Origin: Borreliella garinii
GTDB taxonomy: Bacteria; Spirochaetota; Spirochaetia; JABEVK01
Length of the DNA stretch: 64,000 nt
Direction: 5' to 3'
Assembly (NCBI GenBank): GCA_020720765.1
Contig: DYOB01000003.1
Span: 3,170-67,169 of the forward strand
In this document: piece by piece, positions 41,980 through 51,306 of the stretch
Position numbering within the stretch: the stretch's first letter is position 1
How the letters are laid out: each line of letters begins with the position of its first letter
Notes under the pieces: model-generated
Told to the model about the DNA's origin: nothing
The model's input: the letters and a program-made list of their open reading frames with translations, nothing else
Database searches by the model: none
Made by a program: the position numbers and the translations under genes

Positions 41980-42302
41980 TTTCACACCCTGAAGGCCTGC
42001 CTGAAAAATGGCGGACGGAAATTTTAAAAAATACTGAAACACCCAAAGGCATTGTTTTAGGCCTAGAGGGAATTACTGCTTGGGTCGTAAACGGTGAGGA
42101 GCTTTCTTTAAGTTTAAAAAATTCGCTATATTTAGAGGGGTTGCAAACAAATTTTGACTGGTTACTGGAAAGGATTAGGAATTTTGTGCCAGGGGTGGGA
42201 AAAATTATTCTGATTGTTGAAGAAAATGAAGAAAAACCGCTTGAGGATTGGGAAAATCAAAAGGCGGTTTGGTTGGAAATCTTTCAGGGGAGGATTGGGT
42301 GA
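41962..42302 (+). CDS. dnaX: DnaX C-terminal (tau-like) domain encoded in the -1 frame with no start codon; reachable only by frameshift or slippage at the A10 tract
   Basis: The -1 frame is open from 41895 to the TGA at 42300 with no ATG, GTG or TTG. It encodes ...PEKWRTEILKNTETPKGIVLGLEGITAWVVNGEELSLSLKNSLYLEGLQTNFDWLLERIRNFVPGVGKIILIVEE..., resembling DnaX C-terminal domains. Confidence 0.5.
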
Positions 42303-42610
42303 ATCCATTTGAACTTATAAAAAATTTCGGCAAGATGAGGAGCCAATTAGATGAATGGGGTCAGAAACAAAAAGAGATTGAAGCCGAGGGCATATCTGCA
42401 GGAGGCCTGGTAAAAGTTGTTGCGGGTGGAGATCTCACAGTGAGAAAGATTTTTATCGATGATTCACTGTTTCTTGAAGATAAACGCGGACTATTGGTCC
42501 CGCTGCTCGTCTCTGCTGTGAATATAGCCCTAAAGGACGTCCAGGAGAAAAGCAAGCAGGCGCTCTCGGGTATGACGGGCATGGACCTTTCGGGGACGGG
42601 AATTGGGTAA
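42299..42610 (+). CDS. ybaB: Nucleoid-associated protein YbaB/EbfC
   Basis: GTG start, about 103 aa; NPFELIKNFGKMRSQLDEWGQKQKEIEAEGISAGGLVKVVAGGDL is typical of YbaB. Between dnaX and recR. Confidence 0.8.
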   Translation: MNPFELIKNFGKMRSQLDEWGQKQKEIEAEGISAGGLVKVVAGGDLTVRKIFIDDSLFLEDKRGLLVPLLVSAVNIALKDVQEKSKQALSGMTGMDLSGTGIG

Positions 42611-43211
42611 CAGCCCCATAGAAGAACTCTCAAATCTTCTGGGAAGAATACCCGGACTAGGTAAGAAAAGCGCTTCGAGAATGGTTTATTATCTTTTAAA
42701 ATCCTCTTCGGAATACGCAAGAACTCTTGGGGAACGCATTCAAACCCTGCACGCAAGGGTGGTCAAATGCCGTATTTGCGGACATTTTTCAGAGGCCGAA
42801 ATTTGCCCCATCTGTTCGGATCCACAGCGGGATAGAAAAACTATTTGCGTGGTAGAACAGGACCAGGATCTGCTTTCCGTCTACTTTTCTAAAGAATACC
42901 TGGGTTTGTTTCACGTTATGCACGGAGTGCTTTCCCCAATGGACGGCATTGGTCCCGATGCTTTGGGGCTGGAACAATTACGCTTAAGAGTGGAAAACGA
43001 GGAAATCGAGGAACTGATTATTGCCACAAATCCCACGACAGAAGGGGATACGACGGCGCTCTATATAGCCCGGAGCGTAAAAAGAAACGGACTCAAACTT
43101 TCGAGGCTCGCAACGGGCCTTCCCGTGGGCGGGGATATCGAATACGCGGACCGGCTGACTATAACACGGTCCTTCCGAGCCCGAACGCCCTTATTCGAAG
43201 AAGAGACTTAA
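42603..43211 (+). CDS. recR: Recombination protein RecR
   Basis: 202 aa with HhH, the C4 zinc finger CRICGHFSEAEICPIC, and a Toprim domain. Confidence 0.9.
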   Translation: MGNSPIEELSNLLGRIPGLGKKSASRMVYYLLKSSSEYARTLGERIQTLHARVVKCRICGHFSEAEICPICSDPQRDRKTICVVEQDQDLLSVYFSKEYLGLFHVMHGVLSPMDGIGPDALGLEQLRLRVENEEIEELIIATNPTTEGDTTALYIARSVKRNGLKLSRLATGLPVGGDIEYADRLTITRSFRARTPLFEEET

Positions 43212-43359
43212 ACCGATAAACAAGCCCGAAAGTATAACAAAAGAAAACAAGGGAATAAAACGGCTGGGAAACCGGCGGAAGAAGCCTACAAAGGATAAGA
43301 TTTGAACAATTGCAAAAAGGGCTAAGACGATAAAAGGAACGTGTCGCAAGTTTTATCTC

Positions 43360-44853
43360 CTATATTTTTTCGATAAGCATGGAACATTTCCCCGAAGGTA
43401 TAGGAAGGGTTTTCTTTTTCTGCCCAACAATATCTACAGTAAAATAATAGAGTTTTTCAGATTCCAGGCGAATTTCCCATCCGCGACCGCTTTTTGCACT
43501 GATGATAGAAATAAAGTTTCTTCGAAGGCTTAAATTATCTATACCCATAAGTTCCAGGGTGGGAACAATCCAGTCGACGGTTTTCCTGGGTAGACTTATT
43601 AGAAGGCCGACAACATTTTCAACCATTAGCGCCACTGTCACAAGGCATGCCGTAGCTAAATGGTGCTGCTTGAGCCCGGAGTTTTCACCTTCCCAGCGCG
43701 CAGGCCCGTCCCTGAAGGGGAGGTAGGCGTTCCAAAGATGCCCCTTGTTTTTTCCATCGGGATGGAGCGTGTCGAGAATATAATAAAGGTGCTTGATAGC
43801 GGATTCGCGCGCGAGTTCGTATTTTCCGTATTTTTCTAGGCCCTTTATAATGACAAAGGTCAAATAGGGAAAAACACTCCCGTAGTATCCGTCCCCTGCT
43901 TTCGTAAAAGAAGGATCGTCTACGGAAACGGAAGGAAAGGGGTTGGGGCTTGAAAACTGTTTTTCATCCGCTAGTTTTGAGATCAAGATCTCGGAACGGG
44001 CTTCATTAGGAAGTTCTGCAAGTAATGGCCAAAACCCGGCGGCCGTCTTGGTAGAAAGAATTACGCTGTTTTCATCAAGATCATGGTAAAAACCCGTCTG
44101 ATCGCTCCACATTTGGCTATTGATGCGTGTTTTTATCGAATAGTAGCGCCTTTTGAAAATAAAAGCGGTTTCTTTATCATTCAGGATATCGCCGATGGCA
44201 CTGAGGTAAAGAAAACTTATGGCCATTTGACAATTAAAATCGACAGGAAAAGCAGATTTTTTTCTAGGAGATGGACCCATTCCGCCGGAACTCACAGGAA
44301 CCATGTAGAGTCCGTTTTCATCCTTGAAATTTTCATCGATCCAGTCTAAATGTTTTTGAAGGAAAGGAAGCACTTCTTTAAGTCTTCTTTTTAAACCGAT
44401 TTTATGGTAGAGGTTGTATTCTGCCCAGGCAAAAAGTGGAGGAGCAAGTCCTTCGGGGTTGTCTTCGGAGAAAAGAGGATGACCAGTGTCGATGGAATAG
44501 CGGCTTCTTATGGCGCCGTTTTCCTCTTGTCGGGTGTAAAAAAAATCGAGTCCGTGGTAGGCTGGATAGAGATTATTGGAGTATGCAAGAAAAAATGAGG
44601 TCATGACGGCGTCGAACTGGTCGAAGTATGTTTGTTCGGGCTGGAGGAAAATGGGTTTGGAAAAGACCTCGTCGGGTGTCCATTTATTCCAAAAATCCTT
44701 AATCCAAATCCAGCTCTTATCGTAGACGTCGACAAAGTCCTGATCGTAATAGTGGATTCGTGGCGGTTCTTTCCTGTTGATTGTTCCGCCGATGATGTCA
44801 AAGCTCAAAGAATAACTCCAAAAATTAAATCTGCAATCTTTACACCATAGCAC
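43360..44853 (-). CDS. Glycoside hydrolase, (alpha/alpha)6-barrel type (GH63/trehalase-like); family not resolved
   Basis: 497 aa cytoplasmic protein with six-hairpin glycosidase-like composition. No family-specific signature confirmed by eye. Confidence 0.4.
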   Translation of the reverse strand: MLWCKDCRFNFWSYSLSFDIIGGTINRKEPPRIHYYDQDFVDVYDKSWIWIKDFWNKWTPDEVFSKPIFLQPEQTYFDQFDAVMTSFFLAYSNNLYPAYHGLDFFYTRQEENGAIRSRYSIDTGHPLFSEDNPEGLAPPLFAWAEYNLYHKIGLKRRLKEVLPFLQKHLDWIDENFKDENGLYMVPVSSGGMGPSPRKKSAFPVDFNCQMAISFLYLSAIGDILNDKETAFIFKRRYYSIKTRINSQMWSDQTGFYHDLDENSVILSTKTAAGFWPLLAELPNEARSEILISKLADEKQFSSPNPFPSVSVDDPSFTKAGDGYYGSVFPYLTFVIIKGLEKYGKYELARESAIKHLYYILDTLHPDGKNKGHLWNAYLPFRDGPARWEGENSGLKQHHLATACLVTVALMVENVVGLLISLPRKTVDWIVPTLELMGIDNLSLRRNFISIISAKSGRGWEIRLESEKLYYFTVDIVGQKKKTLPIPSGKCSMLIEKI

Positions 44854-44935
44854 ATATTGGTGTAAAAGAACAGCGTTTTATACCGTATTTTCCATCAGAT
44901 TCTTGACAGGAATCGAGGTTAGAGGATAATGGCCG

Positions 44936-45220
44936 GTGATGATGGATAAGACAGACATAGAAATAACAGTTGAATTGGCGCAAATGGAACTCTCAGATGC
45001 CGAAATGAACAGGCTGGGAAACGAAGTTCAAGCCATGTTGGAGTATTTTGCCCAGATGAACGCCGTAAATGTGGACGGTGTTGAGGCGACGACGCATTCG
45101 CTCCAAAAGGCTATGAGGGTAAGACCGGATACTATAGTCCCCTCTACCTTGAGTGATATGCTCCTTGAACAGGCTCCGGAAACCGAGGGCCGTTTAATTA
45201 GCTTACCGAATGTACTTTAA
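44936..45220 (+). CDS. gatC: Asp-tRNA(Asn)/Glu-tRNA(Gln) amidotransferase subunit C
   Basis: 94 aa; the LAQMELSDAE...MLEYFAQM pattern is typical of GatC. Precedes gatA. Confidence 0.8.
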   Translation: MMMDKTDIEITVELAQMELSDAEMNRLGNEVQAMLEYFAQMNAVNVDGVEATTHSLQKAMRVRPDTIVPSTLSDMLLEQAPETEGRLISLPNVL

Positions 45221-45232
45221 AACAGGGAGAAC

Positions 45233-46603
45233 TTGGTGAAAGACTTATGGCAAAATGCGGTGAAAACACCCGGTTATCAGAACTATCTCGCAGAGACACA
45301 GAAAAAACTAGGCGCCTTTTTATCCTTGGCTCCCCGGGAGACGCTTGAAACTCGGAAGCAGGGTCCTTTTTCTGGTATTCCTGTGGCTGTTAAAGACAAT
45401 ATCGCCGTATCGGGACAGCCGCTGACCTGCGGATCCAAGATGCTAGAAAATGTGACCTCGCCTTATGACGCAACGGTTGTGGAACGTTTGAGAGAAGCTG
45501 GGGCCGTTTTCGTTGGTAAAACAAATCTGGACGAATTCGGAATGGGGTCCTCCAACCAGGATTCTGCCCTGGGTAAAACCTACAACCCGTGGAATAAGGA
45601 CTCTGTTCCCGGCGGTTCAAGCGGCGGCAGTGCAGTTGCCGTAGCTTCTGGTATGGTTCCCCTGGCCATAGGAACGGATACCGGCGGGTCGGTCCGCCAA
45701 CCCGCCATGTTTTGCGGGGTTTACGGTTATAAACCCACCTACGGACTCTTGAGCCGTTACGGTTTGACGGCTTACGCGAGTTCCCTTGAAACCCCGGGTT
45801 TTATTGCACGGGAGATATCCTGGCTTGAGAAAGCGGTCGAGGTCACCGCAGGATTTGACATTCATGATCAAACGACGACCAGCGATACATTGTTTCCTGT
45901 GAAACAGATTTCAAAAATCGGAGTACTCTCCGTGGACGATGGTCTTAGTCCAGAAATGAAAGAAGCATATATAGAAGCGCAGGACAGGTGGAAAAAACTG
46001 GGGATGGAGTTGAAGGACATCAACCTGCCGGCCCTTGAAAATGCAGTTCCTTCCTATTATACGATTGCGACCGCGGAGGCCTCCGCAAATCTCGCGCGTT
46101 TTAACGGAATTCGCTATGGTTTAAGGCCCGAATACGCCGAAAACCCCGAAGAGCTGATTAGAAAGTCCCGAACCGCAGGGTTCGGCGACGAGGTTAAAAT
46201 CCGCATTCTTCTGGGAACCTATGTTTTACGCTCGGGTTTTCAAGATCAGTTCTACCATAGGGCCCAAAAAATCAGGACCCTAATCCGCCAGGACTTAGAT
46301 AGGGTTTTCGGAAATTTTGATGCGATTCTTATGCCCGTGTTTCCGACCCAGGCCTTTCTCCGCGGTGAAGCCGGCTTGACGCACCTTCAGCAAAAACTCG
46401 CGGATAAGTTTACCGTCGGTGCCAACCTCGCGGGTTATCCTGCACTCTCACTTCCCTCCGGGTTAAAAAACGGTCTTCCAGTGGGATTTCAACTCATGGT
46501 CCCCGCCCTCCGGGACAATGACCTTTTTCAGCTGGCTAAAATTTGGGCGGCGGGTTTGGATGTGCCCGAACCTCCGGAATATCCCGCCAAGTGGGAGGCA
46601 TAA
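45233..46603 (+). CDS. gatA: Asp-tRNA(Asn)/Glu-tRNA(Gln) amidotransferase subunit A
   Basis: 456 aa with the amidase signature GGSSGGSAVAVASG. Confidence 0.9.
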   Translation: MVKDLWQNAVKTPGYQNYLAETQKKLGAFLSLAPRETLETRKQGPFSGIPVAVKDNIAVSGQPLTCGSKMLENVTSPYDATVVERLREAGAVFVGKTNLDEFGMGSSNQDSALGKTYNPWNKDSVPGGSSGGSAVAVASGMVPLAIGTDTGGSVRQPAMFCGVYGYKPTYGLLSRYGLTAYASSLETPGFIAREISWLEKAVEVTAGFDIHDQTTTSDTLFPVKQISKIGVLSVDDGLSPEMKEAYIEAQDRWKKLGMELKDINLPALENAVPSYYTIATAEASANLARFNGIRYGLRPEYAENPEELIRKSRTAGFGDEVKIRILLGTYVLRSGFQDQFYHRAQKIRTLIRQDLDRVFGNFDAILMPVFPTQAFLRGEAGLTHLQQKLADKFTVGANLAGYPALSLPSGLKNGLPVGFQLMVPALRDNDLFQLAKIWAAGLDVPEPPEYPAKWEA

Positions 46604-48025
46604 ATGGACAGTTTTATCGGACTTGAAATTCATATCCACCTTGCGACTAAGTCGAAAATGTTTTGTGCCTGTAAAGCCCATTACGGCGACGAACCCAATA
46701 CCAACGTTTGTCCCGTATGCATGGGGTATCCCGGGACCCTTCCCGTCGCCAACGAACACGCACTCTACTTGGGTTATGTCATAGCGCGGGCGTTAAATTG
46801 CAGCCTCAGTCCCAACACCTTTTTTGAAAGAAAAAACTATTTCTACCCCGACCTTCCCAAGAATTATCAAATATCCCAGTTTGAGGAACCTATCGGAAAA
46901 AACGGTCATATTTCTGTGCCCATGCCCGACAGCAGCCTCAAAAGGGTTAGGATTCACGACGCACACCTTGAAGAGGACGCAGGGAAAATGATCCACGCAG
47001 GCGATATGACACTGGCGGATTATAACAGGACGGGCTTTCCGCTTATGGAAATCGTGACAGAGCCCGACCTCACCCTGCCCGAAGAAGCGGAAGCCTTGCT
47101 CCTTCATTTCCAGCGTGTCATCCGTTATCTCGGTGTGAGTGACGGAAATATGGAAGAGGGTTCCATGCGTTGCGACGCTAACGTTTCGGTCAACTTCGCG
47201 GGCAAGGGACTAGGCACTAAGGTTGAGATCAAAAACTTGAATAGTTCTCGGTTTGTAAAAAAGGCGCTTCTCTATGAGATCAAACGCCAGTCGGAAATTC
47301 TGGAGAATTCCGGTGCAATTCGGCAGGAAACCAGGCTTTGGAACGAAAACCGGGACCTTACCGAGATTATGCGGACGAAAGAGACAAGTAACGATTACCG
47401 GTATTTTCCGGAACCCGATATGCCACCGTTCCACCCCACGAAGGAATTCCTTTCAAGGGTAGAAGCTCACCAGGTAGAATTGCCGGACCAGAAGAAAGTG
47501 CGTTTTATGGAACAGTATAAACTTAACCCGGAACTTGCGGATTTTCTTGTAGATACCCTGAGTACGGCTCAATACTTTGAAGAGGCCGTCGGTTTGGGTG
47601 CTGAACCTCTGGCCGTGGCGACGTGGCTTGCGGGAGATATTCAAAAGCTCTTGAACAAAGAAAATTTGACCCTTACGGGTTCGCCCATGACCGCCCCAAG
47701 GCTGGCGCAGCTTTTAAAACTTTTATCCGAAGAAAAAATCCACGGAAAAATCGCAAAACAGCTTGCTGAAGCGGTCTTCCTTGAAAACGCCGACCCGGAA
47801 AACTTGATGAAAGAGAAAGGGCTTGAACAAATTATCGACCCTGTGGAGCTTGAAAAACTCATCACCACCGTCCTCGAAGAATTCTCCCAGGTTACCCTAG
47901 CGGTGCGCTCTGGGGACGAACGCCAAAAAGGGTTTCTTGTCGGTAAAATCATGGAACGCTCCAACGGGCGGGCGCACCCGCAAAAATTACAACCCATCCT
48001 TCAAAAAGTACTAATAGGAGCTTAA
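46604..48025 (+). CDS. gatB: Asp-tRNA(Asn)/Glu-tRNA(Gln) amidotransferase subunit B
   Basis: 473 aa; N-terminus GLEIHIHLATKSKMFCAC. Immediately follows gatA. Confidence 0.9.
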   Translation: MDSFIGLEIHIHLATKSKMFCACKAHYGDEPNTNVCPVCMGYPGTLPVANEHALYLGYVIARALNCSLSPNTFFERKNYFYPDLPKNYQISQFEEPIGKNGHISVPMPDSSLKRVRIHDAHLEEDAGKMIHAGDMTLADYNRTGFPLMEIVTEPDLTLPEEAEALLLHFQRVIRYLGVSDGNMEEGSMRCDANVSVNFAGKGLGTKVEIKNLNSSRFVKKALLYEIKRQSEILENSGAIRQETRLWNENRDLTEIMRTKETSNDYRYFPEPDMPPFHPTKEFLSRVEAHQVELPDQKKVRFMEQYKLNPELADFLVDTLSTAQYFEEAVGLGAEPLAVATWLAGDIQKLLNKENLTLTGSPMTAPRLAQLLKLLSEEKIHGKIAKQLAEAVFLENADPENLMKEKGLEQIIDPVELEKLITTVLEEFSQVTLAVRSGDERQKGFLVGKIMERSNGRAHPQKLQPILQKVLIGA

Positions 48026-48026
48026 A

Positions 48027-49301
48027 ATGCAACGGACCCTTATTTCTCAGCTTGAAAGTCTTGCGGGACAGACTGTTTCGGTTTCTGGATGGGTCCACCG
48101 TATCCGGGAACTGGGGAAGATCAGCTTCGTGATCCTTCGTGACCGAAGCGGAATGGTGCAGCTTGTCTTTGATACTAAACCCGAATTCACCCTGGAATCT
48201 GTGATTACCGTCAGCGGCACAGTCCAGAAAAACGAAAAGGCGCCTATGGGGGTTGAAATAACCGCGGAAAAAATAGAGGTGTTAGCAGCCGCGGCCCCCG
48301 ATTTACCCATTCCAGTAAATCAAGATCCAGATAAGCACAATATCGACTCCATCCTCGATAATAGGATTATCTCTCTGAGAAACCCAAAGATCAGGGCCAT
48401 CTTTGAATTACAAAGTGGGTTGCTTCTGGCTCTTTCCCGTTTTATGCACGCAGAAGGGTTTCGGGAAATGAAAACAAGTAAGCTGATAGGTAGCGGTACT
48501 GAAGGCGGTACGGGTCTTTTCACGGTGGAATATTTTGATACTAAAGTTTTTCTTGCGCAAAGCCCCCAGTTTTACAAGCAGGCCATGGTTTCAAGCGGCT
48601 TGGAGAGGGTTTTCGAGATCAGTCATGCTTACCGTGCGGAAAAGCACGATACTCCCAGGCATTTGAATGAATACGTCTCTTTCGACGTAGAAATGGCCTT
48701 TATAGAAAGCGAACTAGATTTGATCGAGTTTGAAAAAAGGCTCCTAGCGTACGTTTTTGATGAAATCGGGAAGAATTACGCACCTCAACTTGAAATGTGG
48801 GGGGCCAAAGTTCCTGAACAGGGTTATATGGAGAAGGTTCCAACCGTGGACCATGAAACCGCGAAAGATATCATCAGTAAGGAGTTAGGGCACAAGGTTT
48901 ATGAAATTACCCCCGAGGGTGAACGTGCGTTATGCGATTGGGCCCAAAAAGAACACGGGGCGGACGCTGCATTTATTAACGACTGGCCGAGAAAGAAGCG
49001 GCCCTTTTATACTTTTCCGAGAGACCAGAAAACCATGAGTTTTGATCTTATTTTCCGCGGCTTGGAAATCACTACCGGCGGACGCAGGATCAATGAATAC
49101 CCCATGCTTATCGACGCACTATCTAAATTTGGAATGACGGAATCAGGCCTCGAAGATTATGCTACGATCTTCAAATACGGCTGTCCCCCTCACGGGGGAT
49201 TTGCCATAGGGGTGGAGAGGCTGACCCAAAAGATCCTGGGTATGGATAACGTAAAACTCGCCTCTCCCTTTCCCCGCGACCGAAAACGCGTTCGGCCGTA
49301 A
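48027..49301 (+). CDS. aspS: Aspartate--tRNA ligase, short archaeal/type-2 form (probably non-discriminating)
   Basis: 424 aa, lacking the bacterial GAD insertion. N-terminal OB fold and class II motifs (FRGLEITTGGRR, GGFAIGVERL). 1 nt after gatB. Confidence 0.85.
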   Translation: MQRTLISQLESLAGQTVSVSGWVHRIRELGKISFVILRDRSGMVQLVFDTKPEFTLESVITVSGTVQKNEKAPMGVEITAEKIEVLAAAAPDLPIPVNQDPDKHNIDSILDNRIISLRNPKIRAIFELQSGLLLALSRFMHAEGFREMKTSKLIGSGTEGGTGLFTVEYFDTKVFLAQSPQFYKQAMVSSGLERVFEISHAYRAEKHDTPRHLNEYVSFDVEMAFIESELDLIEFEKRLLAYVFDEIGKNYAPQLEMWGAKVPEQGYMEKVPTVDHETAKDIISKELGHKVYEITPEGERALCDWAQKEHGADAAFINDWPRKKRPFYTFPRDQKTMSFDLIFRGLEITTGGRRINEYPMLIDALSKFGMTESGLEDYATIFKYGCPPHGGFAIGVERLTQKILGMDNVKLASPFPRDRKRVRP

Positions 49302-49308
49302 TTATACA

Positions 49309-51306
49309 TTAATCAAAGAAATCGTCTTCGACCTCAAAAAATTTGGGGTCGATTTCAAAGAATTTCTCCACATCGACCATGAAAAAATCGTTTTCAACGA
49401 AGTTGTCAAAAAATTGGTCGCTGTTTGAGAAAAACTCGTCGTTCTTAAAGGCGTCTGCCGAGCTATTAAAGCGTTCTTCTTGGCTTTGCTGGAATTGTCC
49501 AAAATAAGAGTCATCCGCATACCGGGTATTTCTTCTTCTTACAGTGTTCGTCGAGAACCCCATCACATAATCCACCGAAGGGCTCATCACTTGGCCGGCG
49601 ACGGCGACAATGGAATAATAGTTGGGGTTGGTGTTTGCGGTTCTGTGGATAAACCTGGGTTCTTGTGTTTCACCCAGGGGTTCATAACGGCTTGTCCTGA
49701 TGTTCAGAAGTGAAACAATGTATTTCTGAGCGTTGGGAGTGGGGCGCCACGTGATTTCTACTCGGTCTGTGAATTGTCCCTGGGACGCCCTGACCCCGCG
49801 AACAGCGCGCAGGCTCGTAACAGAGACAGCCGGAACAGGGTTCTTTGGGGGGGGCGTCGTGGGTGTTGTGGTTGTTGGTGTCGTCGGTGTGGTAGGAGTA
49901 GTCGGCGTCGTTGTAACTGGGGGGGGGGGGATAACCGGAGGAGGAAGGGTAATTGTTATAGAGATACTCGCACTCGAAGCGCTTTCCTCTTCTCCTTTCG
50001 CGGCAGAAACGACGTACCAATAACTGGCCGAGGCCGAAGGAAGGGTCGAATCCTGGAAACCGACGTCACGGCTTGTACCGATAAGACGGAATTTTTCGGC
50101 GGTATTATCCCACCTGTAGACGTTATATCTTTCCGCGTTGGCCACGGCGTCCCACAGGATTTTAACCAGGGTGCCCTCAGTAAGGGCCTGGATATTTTGA
50201 GGAATACCGAGAACTTGGGGTACTTGGAGAAAACCGTTTGCTATAGGGCTGAAATCGCTATCACCGCCCACACCGAAACTTTTTACGGTGTAATAGTACA
50301 TTTTTCCCTGTTGGACCTGTCTATCGATATAAACATTCCCTTGGGTTCGTGCTATTTCAGAAAAGGGACCGGTATTGGCTTCTCCCCTAAAAACTATGTA
50401 ACCTTCCGAGTTTTGAACTTCGCCCCAGGAAATCTGGATTCTATCGGCGAAGGCGCCGAGACTTGCCTGGCTAGTTGAAGGCGGTAAGCTCTTATTGGGG
50501 CGGCTGATAACGCGCCCTTTCATGACCACGGCGGTATGGGTGAGTTCGCCAAAAGTACCGTAAGCCACCCATCCGTAGCCGTTTTCACCCCAACGGTTCG
50601 ACCAGGAGTTGATGATAAGAAAGGCTCCCTTGCTGTCATCGTAGCCAATGGCACTCATAGCGTGGCCGCCAAGGTACGCGCCGCTGGTGCCGTTGTAAAC
50701 ACCGCCGCGGTAGTTCGTAAAATTCTCATAGGTCCGCATGCCGAAAATGATCACGTTTCCGGCTGCCAAGACGGCTTTGAGCGCCTGTGTGTTTTTGGGA
50801 TCCAGGGATTCATACGAATCAGTTGTATAATTTGAGGCCTCGTTCCTTGCGGCCTGCCCCGGCTGGGCGCGGAAATCAAGGGTATAAGGCATGGTTTGAA
50901 GGGTTGCAGCACCGGTATTTTTTATTAGGTCAACAGCCCTGACAATAGAAGATCCCTGGTCCTGGCCTCCGTTGATTTGGTTGTAGATAAAGGACGGGGA
51001 GAAAATTTTATCCTGGCTGTTTACTCCCCAGCCCCTAGCCGCATTTTCCTGGTGGGTTTTAGCGGCATAAGCCACTGCCCAACCTACGCAGCTATTGATT
51101 CTATCCTGGTAACCCGGTGCAGGTAAAAGGTTCCTATGGTCCACCAGGCGGGGAAGCTGGCCGGAACTTGGGCTTGCACTCGCACCGGCTATGGAATTTT
51201 GCAGGACAACCGGAACAGGTTGGGACCCCAACGATTTCTGGGGTGCTTGTGCAAAAACACTTCCAACCATAACACCCATAATGACGAGGTTGAATAATTT
51301 TTTCAT
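49309..51306 (-). CDS. Secreted papain-family (C1) cysteine peptidase with three Fn3 domains, Pro/Thr linker and acidic FF-repeat C-terminal tail
   Basis: Signal peptide. Catalytic Cys QDRINSCVGWAVAYA, His GGHAMSAIGYDD, Asn NSWSNRWGENGYGW; no long propeptide. Three Fn3-like modules. Linker PPPVIPPPPVTTTPTTPTTPTTPTTTTPTTPPPKNP. Tail with six acid-flanked FF dipeptides. Confidence 0.7.
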   Translation of the reverse strand: MKKLFNLVIMGVMVGSVFAQAPQKSLGSQPVPVVLQNSIAGASASPSSGQLPRLVDHRNLLPAPGYQDRINSCVGWAVAYAAKTHQENAARGWGVNSQDKIFSPSFIYNQINGGQDQGSSIVRAVDLIKNTGAATLQTMPYTLDFRAQPGQAARNEASNYTTDSYESLDPKNTQALKAVLAAGNVIIFGMRTYENFTNYRGGVYNGTSGAYLGGHAMSAIGYDDSKGAFLIINSWSNRWGENGYGWVAYGTFGELTHTAVVMKGRVISRPNKSLPPSTSQASLGAFADRIQISWGEVQNSEGYIVFRGEANTGPFSEIARTQGNVYIDRQVQQGKMYYYTVKSFGVGGDSDFSPIANGFLQVPQVLGIPQNIQALTEGTLVKILWDAVANAERYNVYRWDNTAEKFRLIGTSRDVGFQDSTLPSASASYWYVVSAAKGEEESASSASISITITLPPPVIPPPPVTTTPTTPTTPTTPTTTTPTTPPPKNPVPAVSVTSLRAVRGVRASQGQFTDRVEITWRPTPNAQKYIVSLLNIRTSRYEPLGETQEPRFIHRTANTNPNYYSIVAVAGQVMSPSVDYVMGFSTNTVRRRNTRYADDSYFGQFQQSQEERFNSSADAFKNDEFFSNSDQFFDNFVENDFFMVDVEKFFEIDPKFFEVEDDFFD
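49919..49930. repeat. Homopolymeric G12 tract (C12 on the coding strand, encoding PPPP) inside the C1 peptidase gene. A G8 tract at 49843..49850 lies in the same linker
   Basis: Read directly: ...gtaactggggggggggggataacc... It is the longest homopolymer in the window. Confidence 0.9.

Noticed and set aside
49733-50478. Plus-strand ORFs (96 and 234 aa) opposite the peptidase Pro/Thr linker
   Set aside because: Antisense to poly-Pro/Thr codons, giving Gly/Val/Arg-rich junk. No start context.
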